From NCBI GenBank assembly GCA_015680685.1, contig MNCI01000266.1, forward strand, positions 333,439 to 394,040: a DNA stretch of 60,602 bases. Direction: 5' to 3'. The stretch comes from Gnetum montanum. Taxonomy: Eukaryota; Plantae; Gnetophyta. The number at the start of each line of letters is the position of its first letter. Position 1 is the stretch's first letter. Under the pieces are notes generated by a model, which saw only the letters and a program-made list of their open reading frames with translations, was not told where the DNA came from and did not search any database. This document shows, piece after piece, positions 1 through 13,465 of this stretch. A program made the translations under genes and the position numbers.

Positions 1-91
1 GCCTTGGTGTTGCCAGAGACCAGCAGGCACCTAAATCCTATTTGAGGACACTCGTTGGCGGTCGTGTCCTAAACGGTCACCAACAGTTACA
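1..91 (+). repeat. Terminus of a young CpG-rich repeat (probable LTR end ...CCAACAGTTACA); inverted copy at 49870-49960
   Basis: Bases 1-89 are the reverse complement of 49872-49960 with few mismatches; ends in GTTACA; CpGs retained, unlike surroundings. Confidence 0.7.
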
Positions 92-299
92 AGTTTGTTA
101 AAGTTTCTATTTAAGAAGGGAGCTCATACTTTCAAAACAAGTGAACACCATAGAGTTTGGGAGTGAGTGGATGATGTGGACTCACTACTTCTAATCATGT
201 GAAGAACCATGTCTTAGTTATCAATACCAAAATTCAAAGATACCATTTGGACATTAACAATCAAATAACATGAAGTACAAACCACCATCAATAGTAGCT

Positions 300-650
300 T
301 TATGAAGGCATTTGTATAGACGTGGTGTTGGTACATCTGTGGATCAATTGCAGTGAATTCATGAAATAACCAGGCAAAGGCTATTAGTCATTTGTTGATC
401 ACTTTCAACAGCTTCTCTTTTTTCTCAAGAGTAGGATTAGCATTAATTATAACTAGGCTACCATTTTTTAGGAAAGCATATTCCATTCTAGCAAGTAGAG
501 TTTTCAACTCTAGGGGCTCTTGTTTAAAGCTCTTAAGGATTTCCTACTCTCCCTAATAAGTGCCATTAGGTTCATTGGATAGTTTGTAATCAATATGCTC
601 CATCTCATCTGGAACACCACAAAAAATTTGCATGTTATAGCCTATCTTCA
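300..650 (-). pseudogene. pol: Ty3/Athila-type pol fragment (linker just upstream of RT) of the old element
   Basis: Minus-strand reading LELKTL..MEYAFL..SLVIINAN..EKLLKVI..AFAW..AIDPQMYQHHV matches the Athila/Tat pre-RT pattern; stop codons present. Confidence 0.65.
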
Positions 651-653
651 TCA

Positions 654-2337
654 TGTAACTTTTACCCCATGAAATCCCAGGAAAAACATCTTTCTAAATG
701 TGCAAATTGTAACATAGTGGATAATTTCACATACTTTATGGAACTAAAAAATGATTCATGGGTGGTCAAAACCTCATTCCCCAAGTGAAAAAAGTTACCT
801 AGTATTTATATTTTGGCTTTCACAGGTCAAAAATGCCTTTTTGAATGCCAAAAGGTAATTTGATGGATTTTATGTGGGGCATACATTTTTATATGTTGGA
901 AACACATGTAGGGGGGATAGATCTCACCTATCCCTGATGTGGAAGAATGGGGGTTTTGGAAACTATCCCCCTCAACTTGGAGACCACATGCATAGCCTGG
1001 AAACTTTTCCCCCTCCCCCTAGCATGGAGGCTTCATTTTCAACATGGAAAATTCAATTTCCCAATGTGGAAGCTACAAAAGCAAAAATTCATCACTTCAT
1101 GTACTTCAACATTGCCCAGTCACTTTAGCAAGCATGGTGGAGAGCTCAACATAGAAGATTTATCTCTAGCATGGAAGGTGTGCCCTAGTTACTATTTATG
1201 GTAAATAGAATGGCCATGGGGGAAGCACTTACTATGCATGAAAACCCCCTGAATTTGGGAATCCATCTCACTTGAATTTGGCAGACAATTTTAAACCAAT
1301 TTACTACCAATTTGAAGCCATTTTTGTAGTCTAACGATAGCCATTTTCAGCCCCATTTATGGCCCAAAGAACCTATAAAAATCAGCCTCCAACACCATTT
1401 ATTGGTTGAACAATTTTTCTTAAGGTTCAGCATTTTTTGAGCAATTTCAACATTATCAAGCAATTGTTAGCATACACACAACATTGTTCATAGTTACACA
1501 CTTGGGGCATTCTCAAGCACTCAAGAGCTCTTACAAGTTTCCATACTTGCATTCTCTTGAACCCTATCATGGAAGCACTGTATCCTTGAGATTTGTGAAT
1601 TTGGGTTTCAACACTAAACTTCTAGGATTCCCAAACCCTAGTGTGGAGAAATTTGGCATCCAAATCTTCCACTTTTCTCATCCCTAGTAGTGATCCAACT
1701 TGTAGATCTAAGGTTGCAATAGTGAAGGAAGGATCGATAGCATAAGGAGTGGCTTAGCATCCAAATCGTGGAGTAGCTTACATTAACTTCAATGGGCTTT
1801 GAACTCCTACACAAGTAAATCCCCTTTTTTGTTCATCTAGGCACCATATGTACACATTTCTCTAACTTACTCTTTATTCTTTCTTAATAAAGTTTCAAGT
1901 TTTGAGTTTTGTGTTCAAAAAAATTTATGTTTTGTGCATTATTAAGATCTATTTATATTCCCATGTTTTGCATTTCATAAGTCCTTGGTTGATCTACTAG
2001 ACTAGCCAAGGTACCTTGAATCTCATTTTTATCATAAAGGCCTTTGGGATTTGGGGTTGGGGAATTGCTACACCAAGGATCCTTGGTTTTTTTACAAATG
2101 ATCAAGGTTTTTGATCACAACATCATCCATGCCTTTGATGTAGGTACTAGTTAGGCTCTTACTTGGTTTCATGCACATGATTTAGCTACTCTTAGATTTA
2201 GTGATCAACTACTAGGTGCCCTCCTATTTTGTGGTTGCTACGTATAGGTACCTTTGAATTTTAGACACAACTGCACATTGCATGAATGTTGTAATTTTTG
2301 TACTTTTCACAAACCATAGTTTTTGCATGCAGTTGCA
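654..2337 (+). mobile_element. Solo LTR (~1.7 kb) inserted in the old element's pol
   Basis: TGTAAC...GTTGCA termini; TATA-like CTATAAAA near 1373; flanks CATCA/TGTTG could both derive from a CGTCG TSD; pol-like sequence resumes on both sides. Confidence 0.6.
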
Positions 2338-2640
2338 TGTTGTGTTATTGTATGGAATGCATGGAACTCACTTCCTCTTTCTCTTTCCAAAATTAATTTT
2401 CTTGAAATTTTCAAGGAAAGATCATTGATGCCTAGCTACACATCAACAATGTTTAATTAAGCCATTTTCATAATAATTTGGAAGTTTTCCTTGTAGTTGT
2501 CAACTCAAATCACCAAGAAATTGGCAAGATAGGACCTTACATAGATAGTGATCACAGTGTCCTCCAGTAGCCCTAAAGGAATGGTAATGGAATGATGTAT
2601 CAACTCAAGATGAATATTACTCTTCATGAGAGGAGGTAGG

Positions 2641-3452
2641 TGATGAGTAGCGAGGTACCCCTACACTCAACCATACGAATACGAGCATTACACATGCGAT
2701 CTGGTTGAACTCTACAAACTAAGTTCCTACACACCTTATGGAACACTTAAGGCTAATCATTCATTGTCTTCCCAGACTTACTTGTATTTGTCACGGTTGT
2801 ATGGTTAAGTAAGTCTGAGGTATATGATTTTTATATCTTTTCTATTTTATCTCCTATGCTAATAAGGTGAAGGGTGAAGAGACTAATTACTAACTTTAAC
2901 TAACTAGCTAAGCCTTAATTAACCTATCATCAATATCCATTCCCACTTACCGTTCACACCCTGAACCAACGCAACCTTGGTTACCAAATGCTAGTCATTG
3001 CTGGGATCACCAAGCATAACGCATGTGCTTGAAGCGGTTGTACTGAGGCACTTAATTAGGAGAGAAGGGTTGAGAGAGATTTAATGACTAATAAAGCATT
3101 TAAATGATAAAAAATAAATAATAGTAAATAAAGTCCTATTTCACCTATCCCATGCACTACAAGATTTATCCAAGAAGTTCATCTTTATTTCTGTACACAA
3201 ACTTGTGTTCAAGTATAATATTTGCTTGAATAAAGATCCGTTCACTTTGGAGTTCCTACTACGGGCATATGGAAATAATTCTATCTATGGAGAGGTAAAA
3301 TTGCCAAAGTTTCTCTACGGTTTAGGCCTAGAATGAGAAACAAGGTAGAGCCACCTCTTATTTATAGATTTGACGGTGCATTGCGATATCGTAGGGGGAG
3401 ACGCGATATCGCATACGCGATATCATGGCCCATGCAATATCGCGTCCCATCA
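2641..3452 (-). repeat. 3' LTR (812 bp)
   Basis: Direct repeat of 8907-9762; minus-strand TATA CTATAAATAA near 3358-3367; CGATATCG motif array at the U3 end. Confidence 0.92.
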
Positions 3453-5147
3453 TACCCTCATGAATGAATAAAAACTCATCCTCGAGTTCCTTACAAAATG
3501 TTGGGATGGTATGGGATTATTGACTCAAAATGGAACTAATGGGATGACATGTGAACAGATCATCATTACAAGACAAGACAAAACTAGTATTCATGACAAC
3601 AAGAGTGAACACCTTATATGTTTGACATCTGGCCTTATTTGGTATTTGAGAAAGAGAGAGAGAGAAAGAAGTTTTACTGCTACCAATGCCAAGATTATGC
3701 CTTTTTTTGTCCATCCATAAGCGTGCCATCCATCTCGTTCTTTGCATAGCTGCTTCAACACCGCTCCATTCCAAGTGTTCCTTCCAGATCCAATCCATTG
3801 TTGCATGATTTCCATCTACACACATAACACAGTCTTAATATTAGCAAGGGTAAATGAATCACAATGTAGTTGATACCTTGCTTCAGTGAAAGGTCCATTG
3901 GCTGAGTTGTGGTATGGCTGATACGAGTTTGGAGATATATTCATGATAACTATCGAAGGTGTAGGGGTTAGGAGAAAATTCAATAAATTTGGGTTTGGAC
4001 CCCCATGACTAAGAGCGAACCTCCGGTAGCAATAGACTGGAGAAAGAATAAAGAATAAGAAAGATGGAGAAAAGGAGATAACTATAACATTGATGAAATG
4101 GATGTCAAGATGGAAATGAACAAAACAGAGTGGATTGAAAAAATGATAAGGGAAAGAATTTAACTAGTGCACCAAATAGGAATGTCAGTGGGTCCTCCCC
4201 AAAGCAAGATCATGCTCTTAATGCCATGACAAACCCACATTCAAAGAGTCTGTAGGCTCTAGGAATGTCATTTGGAACAAGAGTTAAAGTCTTAACCACA
4301 AGAATTTACCAAAAAGAAAACAATGCATCAACCAAAATATACATTAATGATACAACCGGCAATGCGGTGAGCAATGGAGAGAAAGATAGAGAGAACAAGG
4401 TGGTGTATAGATCCTTGTGTAGTTCATGATTAATGTGACTTAGTAGATCCCATTCCAAGTCTAGCCTCAAACAAACCACATCCAGTGACTTTGCATTAAT
4501 GCATTCGGCCAATCCATCCTCTTGTAATGCCTTCACCCAAGAGCCACCACCATTTTGACAAAATGAAGGAGGAGAGAATGGGAAGTGAGAAGGGCCTTAG
4601 TTAGAGGGAACATTTTTATTTTAGTTCCATAACCAGTTCTTGTAGCCCAAATGATTATTTTTTCTAAGGGGTGTGCTTTGAATTCTCACTGTTTTTTTAT
4701 GTGTTTATGCGTGAGAACCACACCATGCAAAGACTTTGTTATTTTTATTAACTCAGCTTCCTAATGGTTCGGTAACGTCGAAACGGTAAGAAAACTCAAG
4801 AAGAAAACATCCAAGAACCCAAGAGAATGGCCAACACAAATGCATCAAGTTCCCCTGAAGTCACACCCTTTTCAATCCTTGAGTCCTTCCTTAGTTTAAG
4901 AAATGCCCAGTCACCGATTCATTATAGTTCTTATTTAGAAAGGGACTATACATTTCCAAGCCGAGAGAGACCATAGAACTAGTGGATGTATAGATGAAGT
5001 GGACTCATTCCCTGCTATATCAAAAGAACCATACCTTAGTATCCACATCATAACTTAAAGGTAAAAACCAAAGATTAGCAATCAATAGAAAAACAGCTCA
5101 TACCATCATGAAGAACACTTATTGGTGACAAACTTACAAGATGGATA

Positions 5148-5410
5148 ACACACACACACACACACACACACATAAAAGAAATGAAAAAGGTATAAATGAT
5201 GTTGTAAAACAAAAATAAGAAAAGTTAAAGAAATTTGTAAAAAAAAATGTGCAAAACAAAAAGGTGTAAAACAAAAATATGTAAAACAAAAATGTGTGAA
5301 ACAAAAAGATGTAAAACAAAAATGTGTAAAAAAAAACATTTAAAACAAACACGTGTAAAAAAAAAATATGTAAAACAAAAATGTGTAAAAAAAATGTGTA
5401 AAACAAAAAA
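5148..5410. repeat. (CA)n microsatellite followed by a ~15-bp A-rich minisatellite (TGTAAAACAAAAA)
   Basis: Directly visible tandem units; they generate the spurious Phe-rich ORFs at 5106-5406. Confidence 0.85.
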
Positions 5411-5819
5411 TTAAAAAGAACTTAGGGCCCTCAAATGATTAGCATAGGTGGCCATCTCCCCCATGATTGAATGGAAAGGGAGAGATCCAAAATAATGAAC
5501 GTGTATTTGAATTTCTTAGAAGTGTCCAAATTTTCCCAATTGATGTTCTTAGATTAAGGGGTGGAAGTTGGCGATGCTCATATTCCAATGTATTTATGCC
5601 TCCATTGTTGGTGTGAGTTGTTCTCCCAGTTCGTTCTATGCATGTTGGTCGGTTGCTCTTTCGATTAGCTATTAACCATGGGGTGTCCACTTGTTGTGTG
5701 GTTGCTACATATAGGCACCTTTGTCTCAGATTTTTTAGGGCACACCTATTGCATGCAGGAGATGCCGAGCATTCCTCCATGTCATCACCCAATGAGTCAT
5801 TGTATGTGATGCATGGAAC

Positions 5820-6200
5820 TTTTTTCTTCTCGATCTTTCCATAAATTTTTATCCTAGATATTTCCAAGGAAAAGTCACGGATTCCTAAGCATGCATCTAT
5901 TGTACTTAGCTATGCCCTTCCCATTATAATTGAGAAGTCCCCTTTGTTGCTGTTGACTTCTATCATTAGGAAATCGACTGGGTATGACCAACCACACATA
6001 GTGGTAACGATGTCCTCCACCATTCCCAAAGGAATGGTGATGGACTAGTCAGCCAGCTCTAGTTGAATGTTGCTCTTCTTAAGTGGAGGCAAGTTCCAGG
6101 CTTGATACATTTCTCGTGAGATTAAGTTGACTCTAGAACCTAAGTCAAGAAGAGCCTTATGAGGTTCATTCTTAGAGACTTGGAGGTAGATTAAGGGACT
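5820..6200 (-). pseudogene. Retrotransposon aspartic protease
   Basis: KALLDLGSRVNLI...LELAD..ITIPLGMVEDI...YPVDFL...IIMGRA motif with in-frame stops. Confidence 0.85.
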
Positions 6201-8765
6201 TCCAAGATCAGATAGTTTCTTGGGAAGGTGGCCTACCTTGATCTAGTTAGTTACGGTATGTGTTAACATAACCGTATGTGTTGAGCTCTGTTGTTGGATT
6301 GAAGGGCGCTTTGAAGCCTTATTTGTTGGAGGAGCATGCACAGACTCAACCACTTGTGGTTGTGAGAGCTTGTCTAGGCTTTTGGTTTTGAAGAAATGTA
6401 TTCTTTTCTTGTGGTTGTTAGAACCAGCAGCGGGTTGAATGTTTATAGCTCTCGTAGCATTACGTTGCTACAGTTGAGTGGGGAGTTCCCCTTGCATTGT
6501 TGGAGCGAGTGGTATGGGAACTACCAGCGGAAGAGTGGTGGATGGATTTGGAGGATGGTATACATGTGGAGTGTCTCTTGGAGGATAAGGAGTCCTTCTA
6601 AAATACTCCCAAACTTGTTAGTGATGTTGTGGAGTTGTGTGACCCATGGAGTCACTTGGAGAAACCAGCTGCTACACATAATAGCCATAAGGATCTAGTT
6701 GCTGGTAAGGGTATTGTTGTTTAGGTGGTGGCATCCCCCATGACTGTGGGTGTTGCCACTGCTGGTGTTTCCCGGTAGGTTGTGGTGGAGTTCCACTTGG
6801 ATAGTACGTTAATGGTTGGTGGAACTACCTTGGGTTACCTTGGGGATAAGGTAACCTTTGGGGTGTCTACTGTCTATTAAGTCATGGGTTGAGTGCATAC
6901 ACCCCAAACTCTTGTAGATGTGAGATGACTGGACACCATCCTTTAGGATGGTCATATTAGCAGATATCACATCCACCATCATTGTCTATGTCTGAATCCA
7001 AAACCTCATCGAAGATATTCATTTTTCCCTTACCCTTGTCACGTGCATGGCCTGAGTCTGTCTGCTTTTTCTTGTCCTTGTCACTACTTCCTTCCTCCTT
7101 AGATTCCTCTACAATCTTCAGGACAAGTTCAAGTCTACTGTCTAAGGATTCTTGTATTTGATCTACCTTAGCCACCACTTCCATTGTTAACTTCTAAAGA
7201 GGCAAAGTTTTTCTATTCACTAACTCTTCGAGTGGTCACTCAACCTCTTCATCGCAGAATCTCACTCTCCTCTTCTGGAGGGAAGGATCGCGGTTATATT
7301 CTTCCACGCTTTCTCTTTTCTATAGATCACCTTCTTGTTTGGCTACTTTCTCCAACAATCGATGAATTTCATGGGATCTAAGTTCAGATAGTCTCCCTTA
7401 GGCATAAGTCCCAAGGGTTCTCCTAGTTTCATGTCTTAGCCCATCTATGAGGTGGCAGAGTTGATCTCGTTGTGCATAACCATGGCTTGGGAAATGATGT
7501 AGCAATGCATAGTATCGGCCCATGGTAGCATCCAAGGGTTCATGAGTACCCTGCTTCCATCCTTGGATTTTCTTACACAAGTTAGACACTTTGGAGTACG
7601 TTTGATATTTATCGTTGAAGAGTTCTAACATCGTACTCCACCTCCTAATGGTTTCCAGTTCTAAGGAACGGTACCAACTCTCTGCTTCCTTTACGAGTGT
7701 CGTAGGAAACAACTTTAATTTCTGCCACTCATTCTCTATGTTCTACAAGGCGCAATCATCGTGGAATGCTTGTAAATGATTTTGTGGATCAGCGTTATAT
7801 CCCCCTTCAAATCGTGAGATGTTATTCATATCCAATCTCTTGATCCAACTATCTTTTTGATGCCTTGTTGGTATTCTCATTGCCTTCGTTATATCTAACA
7901 TACTTTGGGTGGCAAGTAGGGGTTCTTCATGATCATCTCTTTCATGATGTCTATGATGTCTATGTTGTTCCCTACTTTCCCTTATTTCATGCCTAGACTC
8001 TCTAGACTGCCCTCATCCTCTCTCTCGACTCTCTCATCAAGGTCTCTCATTTCACTTACCCATATCCTCACTGTTATGCTCTTGGTGACTTTGCCCTGAT
8101 GTGGAAGGAGAGGGTGAATGATGTTTCTTACCCTCTCTTCTATGGCTACGACCCTGATCATGATGACGATCTGAGTGCCCATCCTTGTCATGTGTTTTTG
8201 TTCCCTTGGTAAACAATTGGCATTCACGGGGATCAAAACTAGGGTTGTGTATTGTGGAGCATAGGTTCTGATATCCCACCTCCTCACTTTCATTAGGAGG
8301 GGGAACATCATTTGATGGAGAACCTATTATAAGTGGTTCACCGTCTTCGATTTCACTTAGGACATGCAGGACCCCTTTGCCCTTCAATAATGTATGGTGG
8401 CTCTCTTGCCGTGAGTCCCTTAAATGTTGTGCTATTGTGGGATGGTAATCCCTTGTGTCAAAATCACCTATAACGTATTCAACATATAGCTGTGCATGCC
8501 AATCTTTGCCAGAGCATGGAGAAGCATGTTGGGGACTGCTCAATCTGGAGGTAATACTATGTTACCTTGCAAATCTCTCCAATGTAGTTGTTCATCCTAA
8601 TGGAAGATAAAATTAAAATTGGATATATACTCATCGTGATGAGTATATACCACCCTATATTGTTGAGGAACTAGTGGATTTCGATTATGTATTTTAGACT
8701 ACCGATTGTTCCTTGTATGATCCCTAGGTGGTGAAATGCTCTTATGAGAAGAAGAAGAATACATT
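6200..8765 (-). pseudogene. gag: Retrotransposon gag (Retrotrans_gag core, Cys/His knuckle-like CDIC..HP...CP)
   Basis: ORF 7398-7712 FPTTLVKEAESWYRSL..IRRWSTMLELFNDKY; collinear with gag copies at 10200-12480 and 52480-53800. Confidence 0.85.
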
Positions 8766-8887
8766 GTGTCTTATTCGGTGTGTTGATTAACCGTTATATA
8801 ATTTTTCGTTTAATTAACCCTAAAGTTCGTTAAGCTCCCAACGATGTGGATGATTTTCTATGTTCTACTTATCACACAAACACTTAG

Positions 8888-8905
8888 TCCCTGGCAATGG
8901 TACCA
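8888..8905 (-). promoter_or_regulatory. Primer-binding site, tRNA-Asp type (TGGTACCATTGCCAGGGA, consensus TGGCGCCGTTGCCGGGGA)
   Basis: Immediately follows the 5' LTR; the mismatches are CpG-type transitions; typical of the Athila lineage. Confidence 0.8.
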
Positions 8906-8906
8906 A

Positions 8907-9762
8907 TGATGAGTGGCGAGGTACCCCTACACTCAACCATATGAATACAAGCGTTACATGTGTGATCCGGTTGAACTTCGCAGACTAAGTGCCTAAACGC
9001 CTTATGGAACACTTAAGGTTAATCATTCGTTGTCTTCCTAGACTTACTTGTATTTTTCATGGTTGTATGGTTATGTAAATATGAGGTATATGATTTTTAT
9101 ATATTTTCTATTTTATCTCCTATGCTAATAAGGTGAAGGGTGAAGAGACTAATTACTAAATTTAACTAGCTAGCTAAGCCTTAATTAACCTAGCATCAGT
9201 ATCTGTTCCCACTTACCGTTCACACCTGAACCAATGCAACCTTGGTTACCAAATGCTAGTCGTTACTGGGATCACCAAGCGTAATGCACGTGCTCGAAGC
9301 AGTTGTACTGAGGCACTTAATTAGGAGAGAAGGGTTGAGAGAGATTTAATGACTAATAAAGAATTTAAATGATAAAAAATAAATAACAGTAAATAAAGTC
9401 CTATTTAGCCTATCCCATGCACTACAAGGTTTATCCAAGAAGTTTGTCTTTATTTCCGTACACAAACTTGTGTTCAGGTAAAATATTTGCTCAAATAAAG
9501 ATCCATTCACTTTGGAGCTCCTACTACGGGCACATGGAAATTATTCTATCTATGGAGAGGTAAAACTACCAGAGTTTCTCTATGGTCTAGGCCTAGAATG
9601 AGAAACAAGGTAGAGCTACCTCTTATTTATAGATTTGATGGCACACTACGATATTGTGTACGTGATATTGTAGGGGAAGATGTGATATTGTGTACGCAAT
9701 ATCGTGGGGGATACGATATTGCGGTGGACGTGACATTGCATACGCGATATCGCGTCCCATCA
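8907..9762 (-). repeat. 5' LTR (856 bp)
   Basis: Direct repeat of 2641-3452, longer mainly through extra CGATATCG-type units. Confidence 0.92.
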
Positions 9763-10199
9763 GTAGGTTTTAGGCCTTATACATCTCATGAGAAATCAAA
9801 TTAACATTAGAAATTGAGTTCACAAGAGACTTGCATGTCTCATTGCTAGATTTGCAAATAGATTATGGAACTACCAAGATCATTTTTTTCCTAAGAAGGT
9901 GGCCAAGCTTAATCCAATCAAAAAATTGCTTGGGTGAACATGATAGTGTAGATGTTGGAAGGCATTTCTTTTGAAGGGGACTCAAAAGATTATGTAAAGG
10001 ATGAGGGAGAAGTAGGGCTATCAATTACATGTGTCTATGAGTGCTGTGTAGGGTTTTTTATTTAGAAGAAGGTTTTTTTTTTGGATTTTATTTTTCAAAC
10101 CACTCAACTAGGGAGCTTGCTATAAGTTAACAACCTTGGTGGCATTACATTACTGTGGTTGGGTTGGATTTTCACCTTGCAGGTGGTAATTGAGTTGAG

Positions 10200-12480
10200 G
10201 GTGGAGGGACATGTGTAGAAGGATGATGAGGATAATGAGAAAATGGAGATTCCCCTCTTAGAGATTGGGCTCTATAATATTTAGGAGGGTAGTAGTGGTG
10301 TTGGAATGAGGCATGATTGGAAGATTCACATGGAGAAATGGGTTGCTAAACATAGTAACCATAAGGATTTAGTTGCTGGTAAGGGTACTACTGCCTAGGT
10401 GGTGGCATCCCCCATGACTATGGATGTTGTCATTGCTAGTACTAATCATGTAGTTGGGGTGGAGCTCCACTAGGATAATAGACTTTTTTTGGGTGGAATT
10501 ACCTATACTTACCTTGATGATAAGGTGACCAATTAAGTGCCTTCCTTCTTGCTAATCTAGCATTTAGTGTGTATACCCTAGAATCCTACAAGTGTGATAG
10601 AATAGGACAACATCTATTAGGATATTCATATTGGCAAATGTTACACCCACCATCATCTTTCTTAGTTTTGGAATTTGTAACCTCGTTGAAAGAAGCAATG
10701 TTGCCCTCACCCTTCGGTTGGCCATGCTTAGCTTCCTTCATTATCCTATGATAATGATCAATACTTTGCTTTTTAAACTCCTCTACTATTTTGAAAGGAG
10801 TGTGAAAATTTTCATCCAAAGAGTCCCACATTTTATCTACCTTAGATGAAATTTTAGAAACAAAATTTTGAATTGGCAAGGTCTTATACTACACCACTTC
10901 ATCAAGAAATGCCCCCTCCTAATTGTCATAAAACCAAACTTTCCTTTTTTTTTGGATGGAAGGGTCCCAATTATATTCCTTCACACTTTTCTTTTTTGTA
11001 ACTTGTCTTCTTCTTTGGCCACCTACTAAATTAGCCTTTCGATTTAATGATCTTTGAATCTAAAAGTCTTCCTTGAGCATAGACCCTAAGAGTTCTCCTT
11101 ATTTTTGTGGAGCCCTTCTATGATATGGCAGAGCTATTACCTTTGAGAATAACAATGGCTAAGACATTGGTGCAAGAGAGAATAGTGCCTACCCATGGCT
11201 ATGTCAAAGGGTTCATGTATTTCTTATTTCCAACCTTGAATCTACTTTTCCAAGTTGAACACTCTGGAGTATTTTTGATACTAATTGTTGAAGAGCTCAA
11301 GCATTGTACTCCATTTGCAGATTGATTTTGAGTCCAAATATTGTTACCAACTCTCATCTTATTTGATGAGTGTCATTAGGAATAGCTTTAATTTTTTCCA
11401 TTAGTTCTCCATGTTCTACAAGGCATATGCATCGTGAAATACTTGAAGATGATTCTATGAACTTGAGTTATATCCCCCTTCGAACTTGAAAACATTTTGC
11501 ATATTCAACCATTTGATTTAGCTATCTTTCACATGCCTCGCTGGGGTCCTCATGACTCTACAATGTTCAACATGTTGCTAGTGACAAGCAAAGGCTCATC
11601 ATAGTCATGGCCTCAGTGATGGCCATGATGCTTACGATGCCTTTTGTTATCCCTTCTTTCATTATGGTGGGCCTTCCTTGAATGCCCATGCCACTGGTCT
11701 CTAGTGGTCTAGTGGACCCTACAATCATCTTTGTCCCATTGTTCACCTCCATCATGGGAATGTCCTCTATGGCTTTGGTCAGAGATAGAGGACGAAGAAG
11801 AGAATGTCAAAGGTGAAGAGGAAGGAGGACTAGCACCACCACAGTGCCCGTAATCCATCTTCTTTGATGATAGCCACAATCATCATGTTTGTCATCATCA
11901 TGATGCTTGCCATCATTCTTACCATGACTCCCACCTTTGAAGCACCCATAATCATGGGACCCATTCTTGCCCAAACCATGATTATTTATAGTGGACTATA
12001 GTTTTTGGTTCAAGCCCCCCTCATAAAAGATAAGAAGAGGAGAGTTAGTAAATTGAAAATTCCCAAAAAAGGAATCCTCACTTTCTTTTTGGCCTAGTAA
12101 GAATAAGGGGTTATTGAACAATTTTACCTTCGATGCTTCATAATGCATCTCCTATTGTTGATCTTTATTTCATTGTGCTATAGTGGGATGATAATTCTAG
12201 TAGTCATGGTCTTGCATAATGTATTCAACATTGTGCCCCTAGATGCCCAATTTCATAAGAGTGTGTAGCAGCATCATAGGAATTGATCAATCAGGGAGCA
12301 ACATAATATTACCCTCCATGTTATTCATCTTGATGCAGAATGAAGGTGAATTCAAGCACATACTCATCGAGATGAGTATATACCACCTTGCATTGTTGGG
12401 GCACTGGCTAATTTGACCATTCATTTCTTTGTTGATTGGATGTATGCTTGAACTGTGACAAAGAATCAATCCTACGAGAA
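10200..12480 (-). pseudogene. gag: Decayed gag of the old element
   Basis: ORF 10586-10879 ends GGCNICQYEYPNRCCPIL, homologous to 6900-7184; collinear with the younger copy. Confidence 0.75.
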
Positions 12481-12636
12481 GAAGAAATTTTAGTTTGTAA
12501 AGAAAAATAGTGTGCTTTTACTATTATTAGTATTCTTATGATTGTGACTTTAAGGTTCATTACAATGATTTTAAATGATTTCATTAACTCCTAGGTAGCA
12601 AATGTAGCTAACTAAAGTCCTTGGCAATAATGCCAA

Positions 12637-13465
12637 TGATGAGCAGCAAGTAGTCCCTACGTCCAATCATACGAATCACTAGCATTCACTAAGCAATCCA
12701 GTTGAAGTTCATAGACTTTAGTTCTCTAAGCACACTTTGTGTAAGTACTGAAATTAATGGATATGATCATTGTCTTCTCAGTTCCACTTGTGAAGTGCAA
12801 TGGTATGGTTAAGTGTAACTAAGGCATATTATTTTTATTATTTTGTATTTTATTGTTTAATCACCTAAGTGCTGAAAATAGAGTAATGAATTTTTAATTA
12901 ATTTAGTAACTAAAAAATGTTTAACTATTCCTAACATAAGCATCCATTCCCACTTTTCATACATATCCTAAACACATTGCAACACTACTGAGTTACTAAA
13001 CATTAGGCACTATTGGAATTACCAAGCATAATGTATGCATGAAGCAGGTGTACTCATGTTTGTTATTTAATTGATATTAATTACTTAATTAAAATGCATT
13101 AAAGTAAAGTGCATGAATAATAAATGAATAAAGAAAACATTAATCTATTCCAAGTGTTACAATGTTTGATTAAAAAAGCTCGTTTTTATTAATGTTCACA
13201 TTGAGATCCTTCAGTACATCAATGCTCAAATAAAGATCCATACACTTCTTTGACTTCTACTATGAGCACTCAAAAAATATTCTAACTTTGAAGAAAAAAA
13301 ATTACAAGGGCTTTGCTAAAACTAATCAAAGAATTCTCTAAATGTGGTGGGTAGGCACACATTTATAGGCGATGACAAGGTGCCACGTTGATAGGTAGTC
13401 GTTAACATAGCAAAACCTATGTCAACAAGATCCCATTGATGAGATCTCATCGACGTAGCCTAACA
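12637..13465 (-). repeat. 5' LTR of the old element, with adjacent PBS at 12618-12635
   Basis: Begins TGATGAGCAG on the + strand, homologous to the 2641 LTR; TATA near 13362; outer end approximate. Confidence 0.7.

Larger units (their letters stand above)
2641..9762 (-). mobile_element. Non-autonomous gag+protease LTR retroelement (TR-GAG-like, Athila-related), structurally complete
   Basis: Two highly similar LTRs (2641-3452, 8907-9762) with TGATG...CATCA ends; TSD GTAGG at 2636-2640 and 9763-9767; PBS at 8888-8905; gag and AP present, no RT/RH/INT. Confidence 0.92.
300..13465 (-). mobile_element. Old Athila-like Ty3/gypsy LTR retrotransposon, 3'-truncated, host of two nested insertions
   Basis: 5' LTR 12637-~13465, PBS 12618-12635, decayed gag ~10200-12480, protease split between 9768-9900 and 2338-2640, pre-RT remnant 300-650. 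Confidence 0.75.

Noticed and set aside
5106-5406. Phe/Cys-rich membrane-like ORFs
   Set aside because: Translations of the A-rich minisatellite and (CA)n tract
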